The notes beneath the pieces were generated by a model that was not told the origin of the DNA, ran no database searches, and saw nothing but the letters and a program-made list of their open reading frames with translations. Below are positions 54,641-64,000 of a stretch of 64,000 bases of DNA, piece by piece. This DNA is from Octopus sinensis (Eukaryota). The stretch lies in NCBI RefSeq assembly GCF_006345805.1, contig NC_043012.1, positions 52,018,001 to 52,082,000 of the forward strand, in the 5' to 3' direction. The translations under genes and the position numbers were made by a program. Position 1 is the first letter of the stretch, and every line of letters begins with the position of its first letter.

Positions 54641-55111
54641 CTTCTTCTTTACTTTCTGAATATTACTGTTAACTCGACTTTAGATTTATATTAAAAAGAA
54701 TTGACCCCCTTAACCAGAAAATTCGATACAAAGATATTTTCTTTTTATGGATGAAAACATAAAAGAAAAAAGCAAAAATAAATATTTCCCATGTTTTAGT
54801 ATTTTCATGTTATTTTATTTTTCATCCTATTATCATTACCGTTGTTGTTGCACGTTATATTTTCATAATGCACTTAATGACTAACCTCTAACTCATACAG
54901 TTATTTTAAACCCACGCTACATAAACCTCTCCCGACCACAAGTCTATTCAATCTCGCGTTCAAATCTTCGTATCCACCAAGTATTATTATTATTATTATT
55001 ATATTTTTTATTACTATTATTACTATTACTATTATTATTATTATCATTATTATTATTATAATTATTATTATATTTATTATTATTTTATTATTATTATTAT
55101 TATTATTATTA

Positions 55112-55157
<46 letters not shown>

Positions 55158-55158
<1 letters not shown>

Positions 55159-56100
55159 GAGTGAGAGAGCAGTGTATGCCATCAATGTGATACTGGGGTA
55201 AAATATACGAAGCCCAGTATACCCATCATAACTACCCGTCTGATAACGGTACAGTAGGCACATGCATCACAACCATATGTGCGCGACATGGTGATCTCAT
55301 ATCAAGATAAACAGCCCATGACCTTCCAGGTGGGGCCCAGTTAGAATTTACTTCTTGTCGAGTAGCCCATCCCGCTCAAAAGATACCTGCATAAGGGTCG
55401 TTTAAGGATGTTGAACGAAACACCCATGTTTCCAGAGGTGAATTATTCAAACCCCAAAGAAACCCTCTTAACACATGGCTATGATGCTCCCCAAGTACTT
55501 CTGCTCGTGATCAGAGATGCACATATCGTCAGCCACTAAGGGACATGGTCAACTAGATAAGGTCAAACAACTGATAAGCACATCTGTGGTATCGAGCAGA
55601 ATATTTGCTGTATGTTTAACTTTTGCTTTACATTTGTACAAATTGGCTCCAAGTCTCACCCACAGGCCTCAAGATAAAAAGTTGGAAGTTCATGTTTGTG
55701 CTATGCCTAGGGTGCCATATATTTGGTTTTGTTCATTGTGTTGTTCTAGAGAATATTTAAGAAATCATAAGAAAATAAGTTTTTTTTTAAATTTAAGATT
55801 ACATAGACAGTATATTACGTAGGATAAGGTCAGTTCCCATGAGTACTTTGTTTTGAATTTCTGCCATTTTGGGATTTCCTGGTATCTGAGCTAGGTAGCA
55901 ATCAGCCCCTTTTGCTATCATTCTTAGAGCACCTATGGCAACAGTTATTGTTTTAGTGTTCAGATTCCACATTTTGCTAATTTCTATCTCAAGATCTTTA
56001 TACTTGCTCAGTTTTTGGTAGGTCTTGACAGATAGTTTATATCGATTGGTATAGTCATATCAATGAGGAGGCGTGATTTTTGTCTGAATTCTGAAGTCTT
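55158..56100 (-). mobile_element. 5'-truncated R4/Dong-like RLE LINE (endonuclease C-terminus plus putative 3' UTR) between (ATT)n tracts
   Basis: The minus strand gives LSVKTYQKLSKYKDLEIEISKMWNLNTKTITVAIGALRMI...IPGNPKMAEIQNKVLMGTDLILR. (ATT)n lies at ~54980-55157 and ~56100-56170. Assignment of 55158-55800 as UTR is inferred. Confidence 0.75.
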
Positions 56101-56121
56101 TCATTATTATTATTATTATTA

Positions 56122-56168
<47 letters not shown>

Positions 56169-56590
56169 GTAAGCAATATTATTATTGTTGCGGTTGTTTT
56201 TTATATGGCAATTGGCGGTAAGTAACTGGACTCTACGCTAGAAAGACTATAAAACTTTGTGAATGATTTTATTTCTCGGCAATATTGCACGCATCTCCGC
56301 CCGCGCGTGTTGCCATAGACTGTCACGTATTAGAAATTCATCCAAGCTATCATTTGCGAGCACTGAATTATAATCACCAAGTACTCACACAATTACATAC
56401 ACACATGAATAAAACGCAAACACACGTATTTACACACTAACACTTACGCAGACTTTGACAGTATCTCTGAAATGCATACGACTTACCCTCACAGACACAT
56501 TCACTCCTAACACTCTTATGTACACACGATATACAACACTGACACACGCATGGAATCAAACACAAGCACGCATAGCCACACATTCATAAA

Positions 56591-56749
56591 CAGGAGTGGC
56601 TGTGTGGTAAGTAGCTTGCTTACTTACCAAATGGTTCCGGGTTCAGTCCAACTGCGTGGCACCTTGGGCAAGTGTTTCTATTATAGTCTCGGGCCAACCA
56701 AAGCCGCGTGAGTAGATTTGTTAGACGGAAACTGAAAGAAGCCGGTCGT

Positions 56750-56795
<46 letters not shown>

Positions 56796-57020
56796 GTATG
56801 TGTATTTGCGTGTCTATATTTGTCCTCCAACATTGCTTGACAACAGATGCTGGTGTGTTTACGTCCCCGTAACTTAGCGATTCGGCAAAAGAGACCGATA
56901 GAATAAGTACTAGGCTTGCAAAGTATAAGTTCTGGGGTCGATTTGCTCGACTAAGGGTGGTGCTCCAGCATGGCTGCAGTCAAACGACTGAAACAAGTAA
57001 TAGAGTAAAAGAGTAAAAGA
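56591..57020 (+). mobile_element. SINE family A, full length
   Basis: Same head/core/tail as other family A copies. Confidence 0.92.
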
Positions 57021-57819
57021 GGTTTTCGTATGCACACATACACACACTTTGAATCGTTCTGATACATACCATAACACAGGCATACTCATACACAAACAAT
57101 TCCACGCTCTATAAACAAAAACCGTCAACAGACTCAGACGAATAAATAAAACCACATATATATATACACATTGTTTTCAACACAAATGCGCCACACAGAC
57201 ACATGAAATAAACTGTATTAGACAACTTTATACATACACAGATATCAATACAGAAATAAACGCAAGTGCACGCAATACATTTTAGCAAGCGACGCAGCGG
57301 ACAGTTTATATATAACCCCCCCGCACACACACACATAAAAATACATACGCACACATACACATAAGTACATACAAATACTGTTGCATATACTCATGCACAT
57401 AGAGGCAGGAAATTTCTTCAAAACTAAGTAGAAGCACGGGTATGGACACATACATAATTATAAGATACTACACTCAGACGGTCTATCAGGCACACACATA
57501 CACACACATAGACTCACACCTCAATCATGTACATATACACACGCTTACGTACGCATACACACGTATGCACCTGCATAACGCACGTATATATACACAAGCG
57601 TGCGCTCGCATACGCGTGCAGACAGGGAAATTCCTCGCAAACCGAATGTGTGTTAGACGAATTACCACGCCAAAATTTTGAAGCCGAAGGCAAAGTTAGT
57701 GACTGGGTGAAAGAGAGAGGGGGAGAGAGAGACGGAGAGTGATATAAAAAAGAGAAAGAAAAAGAGAGAGAATAAGAGATAGAGTGACAGACAGAGAGTC
57801 TGAGAGAGACAGAAACAGT

Positions 57820-57853
<34 letters not shown>

Positions 57854-58454
57854 TAGGGAGAACGAGGAAGCAATCCAGAAATTGGTGTTGCGAGCGGATT
57901 GGTAATAATAAAAAGACACTAACGACTAGACTAGACAACTTACCTTACCACCTTTCACACTAAGTTCTATTTGACTGATGCTCTGACTATCACACTAAGT
58001 AGTTTTTGACCGATCGTTTCAATCTAAAATCATTTTCTCCCAACCAGCGAAAAATACAATTACTCAAGCATGATTATGCTTGCTTTGTCTATCAGAGAGG
58101 AATCCGGCCAATTCAGCGAGGCGAAACAACTTAGGAATGAAATAAATATAGACAGAAGAAGCCGCTAGAGAAACAGAGATAAAAGAGGAAGGTAGGGAGA
58201 GTTGGATAAAACGATTTCTATTAAGGTAAACAGAATATAAGTACAACGAGGCGAGAGATGTGTTAATGGAGAGAGGCCAACGAAAATGAGAGGGTAACAG
58301 AGAAGGAGGGAAATGCGAAAAGGTAATATCTGATGGAGAGGAAGTTGGGCAGATGAATAAATATATAGGTAAAAATGCAGTTATATAGACTAGTGGAAAC
58401 TAAGATAATTGGTCCTGTTTACGTATGAATGTACGTATATAGGTACGCATCTAT

Positions 58455-58503
<49 letters not shown>

Positions 58504-58509
58504 TATATA

Positions 58510-58616
58510 TGATATTTATGTTTCTATATACACATGACTTTATGAATATATATATATATATTATATATATATATATATATATATGATATTTATGTTTCTA
58601 TATACACATGACTTTA

Positions 58617-58650
<34 letters not shown>

Positions 58651-58690
58651 ATTTATGTTTCTATATACGCATGACTTTATGAATATGTGT
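58510..58690. repeat. Three copies of a ~37-bp unit (gatatttatgtttctatatacacatgactttatgaat) separated by (TA)n
   Basis: Direct observation at ~58511, ~58585 and ~58648. Confidence 0.9.
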
Positions 58691-59231
58691 ATATATATAT
58701 ATGTATATATATATATATGTATGTATGTATGTGCGCGCGTCTGTCTGCTTGTATGTGTGTGTATGTAGGGGGACATGGTGTCTGCAAACTTTAGATAGGG
58801 GGTTAAAATATAGATGAAGAGAAAATTTAGAAATGCTAGGATAGACGATAGACAAATGTTTTTTTTAAAAAAAACATTACAAAGGTCTAAGAATTCAGAT
58901 CATGAGATGTTAACTGACACCTCCAGAATACAAACGCTCTAACATAGATGGTGTGTACCTATGAGTAATAAAGACAGTTTAAGTGACAAGAGGAAAATGT
59001 TTCACTTGATAACATGAAACCTTGTTTGTCTCTGAATGTATATAGCTAGTCGTAAGGGGACCAGTGAAACAATGTTCAATCAGTACTAAATGTTCTTCCT
59101 GCTTTCAAATAAATATTTAAGCCAAGAGCAAACTTTAATACTTATCGGTTTATCTTGGGTTATTTAGTACGACAGAAGACAATGAAATAATAATAACAAC
59201 AACAAGAATAATAATAATAATAATTATAATA

Positions 59232-59262
<31 letters not shown>

Positions 59263-59378
59263 TAATAATGATGATGATGATAATAATAATAATGATAATA
59301 ATAATAATAATAATAAAAATTATTATAATAATAATAATATTAATAATAACAATAACAATAACCATAATAATAATAATA

Positions 59379-59419
<41 letters not shown>

Positions 59420-59499
59420 GTAAAAATAATAATAGTAATAATAATAATGATAATATTAATAATAATAATAATGATAATAATAATAACAATAATAATAAT

Positions 59500-61440
59500 C
59501 GAAACACTAGCCATTAACAGATCCTCGAAACACTAGCCATTAACAAAGTAACACCAACAATTATAAAATACATAGGACACTCTATGAATAAATGGCAAAC
59601 AGTGCTACAGCTCCAAACAAAATAGGGACTCATGAAAACCAAAGCCATACCCATTAGAAGAGGAATATTCCAGGGAGACACGCTCTCTCCACTCCTTTCT
59701 GCTTGGCACTGTCACCTCTATCTGATATGCTAAATAGAACTGGATGCGGATATAAATGTTACGGCAAAACAATCAGCCACCTTGTATATATGGATGACCT
59801 AAAACTATACGCTGCAAATGACAAACAGCTGGAAACACTATTAAAGACAGTTCATGGATTTACCAAAGAAATAGATATGAAATTTGGATTAGAAAAATGC
59901 ACCAAAGTAACCCTGTAGAGTGGAAAGCTAGTTAAGAATAGCAACTAGATAAAACTAGATAAAACCAATGAAATAAAAGAATTAGACCAAAGCCAAACTT
60001 ACAAATACTTAGGAATCCATGAACTAGATAAGACACAACACACACAAATGAAAGAGAAAATAAAAAAAAAGAATACTATAGACGAGTTAGATCATACTAA
60101 AAACAGAGCTCAATGCTAAAAACAAGATAATAGGTATTAACACTTTAGCCGTCCCAGTTATAAGTTACAGCTACAATATCCTTAACTGGACACTAAATGA
60201 ACTGACTAAAATAGATAGGCAAACATGAAAAATAATGACAGGATCTAGGATACATCACCAAAAAACTGACACAGAAAGAGTACATATACAACTTATAGAA
60301 GGTGGTAGAGGCCTTATACAGCTGGAAAACTACTATAAATTTACCACTATAGGACTGCAAAATATCTACTTCAGAGGGATGAAAACTGATACAAATAGCG
60401 GCAAAACACGAGCAAAACCAAAAGCTGTTCTCAGTATTTAAGGAAGCTGACAAATACAAACAAGAAATCATACCACCTAATAAATATGAAGAAGAAGAAG
60501 AAGAAGAAGAAGAAGAAGAAGACGAAGCAACAAAAACTGTAAAACAAATGAAATCCAAATTAAAACTAGAACAGCAAAGAACCATGATAAAACGATGGCA
60601 AGAAAAGCCCCTTCATGGTAAATACTGGACTAAACTAAATGCAAAAGAAATAGACAAAAAAAAATCCCAGCAATGGTTGAGAAGCTCAGGACTCAAAGCA
60701 GAGACAGAGGGATTTTTAATTGCAGCACAAGACCAAATCATTCCCACCAGAAATTACCAAAAACATGTAATGAAAAGAAATATAACAAGTAACTGCAGAA
60801 TATGTGGAGATGGACAAGAAACAATGAATCATATTATCTATGGCTGCCCAGTCCTGGGTTAGAAGGAATATATTCACAGACACGACAGAGTTGGGACCTA
60901 CATACACTGGAAGCTATGCCAACACTATGGAATAACAACAGAAAAAAGATGGTATAGGCACACACCAGAACAGGTCACAGAAAACAGAAAGCAACCATAC
61001 TCTGGGATGCCGATACACACAGATAGAGAAATTAAAGCAAACAGACCAGATATAGTTGTCAGAGATCATGAAGAAAAAAAAATGCTTTCTAATTGATGTA
61101 TCAATACCAGCAGATGACAACGTTTCTCTAAAAGAAATGGAGAAACTTTCAAAATACAAAAACCTGGAAATAGAGGTAAAAACAGAAACAATTCATATCA
61201 TAGTAGGTGCATTAGGCATGATAAAAGAATATTCAGACAAATACATAACAAAAACACCAGGACTTACAAACACATATAACATACAGAAAATGCACTACTA
61301 GGTACTGCACGTATCCTACGTAAAACGCTTTCAACACAGTAACCATCAGAGCATCACAACAAATCACAGCACATACCCAAGGCACACAGAGCTGCGCTCG
61401 GTAGTGAGGTGAAAGCACGCTATAAAAATAAAACTACTGA
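59500..61440 (+). mobile_element. 5'-truncated R4/Dong-like non-LTR retrotransposon (RT, CCHC, restriction-like endonuclease), frameshifted, within (AAT)n
   Basis: RRGIFQGDTLSPLL and HLVYMDDLKLY (RT), CRICGDGQETMNHIIYGCP (CCHC), RHDRV, NRPDIVVRD...CFLIDVSIP...EKLSKYKNLEIE (PD-(D/E)xK RLE). (AAT)n on both sides. Confidence 0.93.
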
Positions 61441-61445
61441 ATAAC

Positions 61446-61516
<71 letters not shown>

Positions 61517-61547
61517 CAACAACAATAATAATAATAATAATGATAAT

Positions 61548-62130
61548 GGAAATAAAGAATGGTGGCAGAGGACTAATTAGTACAGGCTATTGTATTAGGG
61601 ATGAAAGGAGAACGCTTACCGAGTATTTATTTAATAAAAAGTTATGAAGACCTGCTGCAATATGCCGCGAAAGATATTGGTGTAAATGCAGATAAGATAA
61701 TGGGCAAGGAAGTGTTTAATCAAAGAGCTAAGAAGAACAGAAAACCTTCAAATGAGAATAAATGGACATTTTGAAAGGAACATTAAGGATAATACAGCAT
61801 CGTGGGCGATTTAACTATAGATGGTTGCATGCACTTTTGACCCACAATTAGTCAAGAAGGAAGGCGATACAACCATCTTAAATATGAAATAGCCTGGGTA
61901 TGGAAAATGAAGAAGGTGAAGATAGTGCCAATCATTGTCGGGTCCTTGAGAACATTATCAGAAGTCATCAAGAGATTTTTTAAAAAATAGGATTATGCTG
62001 CCCTGTAGAACAGTTACAAAAGTTTTGTCACTGTGGCATGGCCAGAATAATCAGGAAAGTATTAGATGGCTGAAAAGAACGTAGAGCAGGGTACCGTAGG
62101 CTGCATGTTAGAAGGCTCCAGAAGCTCCAA
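61548..62130 (+). mobile_element. Second, older RLE-LINE subfamily remnant with internal deletions
   Basis: KNGGRGLISTGYCIRDE and EIAWVWKMKKVKIVPIIVGSLRT...VEQLQK.C..GMARIIRKVLDG*. Confidence 0.75.
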
Positions 62131-63036
62131 CAAAACATGTGATAAAGAGAAATAATAATAGCAATAATTATAACAGCAACAACAACAAGAACAAAAACAA
62201 CAACCGCGACAACAACAACTCTAACAATAACAAAACTAAGAATTGTTTTCTAGCCATATATCGAATATGGCAAGGTTATAAACTTTACGCACGTATTATC
62301 ATTGTTATAGAAACGTGCCTATGTATGCATATGTATATATATGCATACACCTATAGATATTTACACATATTCGTATATGCATGTGTGTGCGTGCGCGTGG
62401 ACTAATATAGATATATATCATATGTGTGTGTATGTATGAGCCTTTGAGATGCATGTTTACATGTATAAATGTTTATATTGTATCTTCAGCAAACAATTCA
62501 ATTTATGTGATAATACATAAATGTATATCACGAGACCGTAGCACATATTGGTTCAAACATACAACAAAGACTGCGTGTTGAAGTATTTACACCTTTAGAT
62601 GTATGTATATGGTCGTGTATATTCTGGTATGAGTTAGTTGTCCACTGGCATGTGTATCTTACCTTTCATAATATAAATTTACCCCATGACCATAGACATT
62701 GCCAAATATGCTTCATGCGTAAAATGTAAGCACATGATTACCTGGCATGCAATAATTTTGATAATATGTTCCTAGGATCAGTACTGACCTCGTGTTAAAT
62801 AACTATGCCAACAACATTCAAGGAATTTTATACTCTTTCATCATTTTTCTATTTTGGCAAAACATTTTGCGTTTTCCAAATAAAAAACATAATAGGTAGT
62901 AGATTATAAAACGATTTTGAAAACGGCGGCATGGTCTCACTGTTCTTTAAATACACCTCATTATATGTATGCTATATTAACTTAATATGAAAAGCAAAAT
63001 CGTCTTCTAAATTCGAATTGGATTCTAAAATATTAA

Positions 63037-63397
63037 GGAGTGGCTGGGTGGTAAATAGCTTGCTTACCAACTACATGGTTCCGCGTTCAGTCCCACTACG
63101 TTGCACCTTGGGCAAGTGCATTCTACTATAGCCTCGGGTCGACCTAAGCCTTGTGAGTGGATTTGGTAGACGGAAACTGAAAGAAGCCCGTCGTATATAT
63201 GTATAAGTATACATATATACACACATGTGTGTGTGTTTGTGTGTCTGTGTATGTCCCCCAACATCACTTGACAAACGATACCGGTGTGTTTATGTCCCCG
63301 TAACCTAGAGGTTCGACAAAAGTGACCGATAGAATAAGTACTAGGCTTACAAAGAATAAGTCCCGGGGTCGATTTGTTCGACTAAAGGCGGTGCTTT
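63037..63397 (+). mobile_element. SINE family A, near full length
   Basis: ggagtggctgggtggtaa head through gactaaaggcggtgct. Confidence 0.9.
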
Positions 63398-63516
63398 CAA
63401 AATACCTTTATATAATTTTGGTAAATATATCTGTTAAAATGAGATGTCAGTGTTATTTTCATTTTTGCGTAAATTAAACTATAATATATTCACCGTACCC
63501 TATATATATGTATATA

Positions 63517-63572
<56 letters not shown>

Positions 63573-64000
63573 TTATGTGTATGTTTGTGTGTGTCTACAT
63601 TTGCAAATGAAATATGAATACAACAAATGTGGGAAATGCATATATGTATATATGCAAACAATTCATATATCTATGAAGTACCTTGTACGCAAATTATGCT
63701 AACTATATTAAATATACTATGCCAAAATCGGCTGAATTTGTGGACTACAAATTCCCTGCTATTTACGTAGAAAACAAATATGTATTATCTCTATATTTAA
63801 ATCTAGTCTACATAACATCATCAAATGTACAGGGTTTTTTTTTCATTTTATGTGACTAATGCTTAGTAGAGAAATGTACGTAAAAATGTTGTGAATTCAT
63901 AGTAGAAGTTACTTTCATGTTTATATTAATTGTTTTTGAAAATTAAATTCTTCTTTATATATGTTATACGAGTCACACATTGGTCCGCTACACTTCCAGT

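Overview
AT-rich, microsatellite-dense eukaryotic DNA with no confidently identifiable host gene. The SINE families and repeat landscape resemble an octopus (coleoid cephalopod) genome; this is recognition, not a database result. The window is mostly decayed mobile elements: three tRNA-derived SINE families, Tc1/mariner remnants (Tc1 DD34E, maT DD37D, mariner, a DUF4817-like type), Penelope-like (RT/GIY-YIG) fragments, a decayed RTE-like LINE, three R4/Dong-like RLE LINE copies next to (TAA)n tracts, and a Gypsy integrase scrap. The standout is a young, non-coding 483-bp repeat at 21295-22528 inserted in a (TA)n tract. It is present as one inverted monomer joined head-to-head to about 1.55 direct monomers. 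Each copy carries an identical, complete type I hammerhead ribozyme fold (CUGACGA/GAAA core, GUA cleavage site, palindromic UGCA stem-III loop, unusually long G-U-rich stem II), and the rest of the unit is highly base-paired. It is a candidate retrozyme-like circular-RNA retroelement lying beside a Penelope-like RT/GIY-YIG remnant. Catalytic activity and expression are predicted, not shown.
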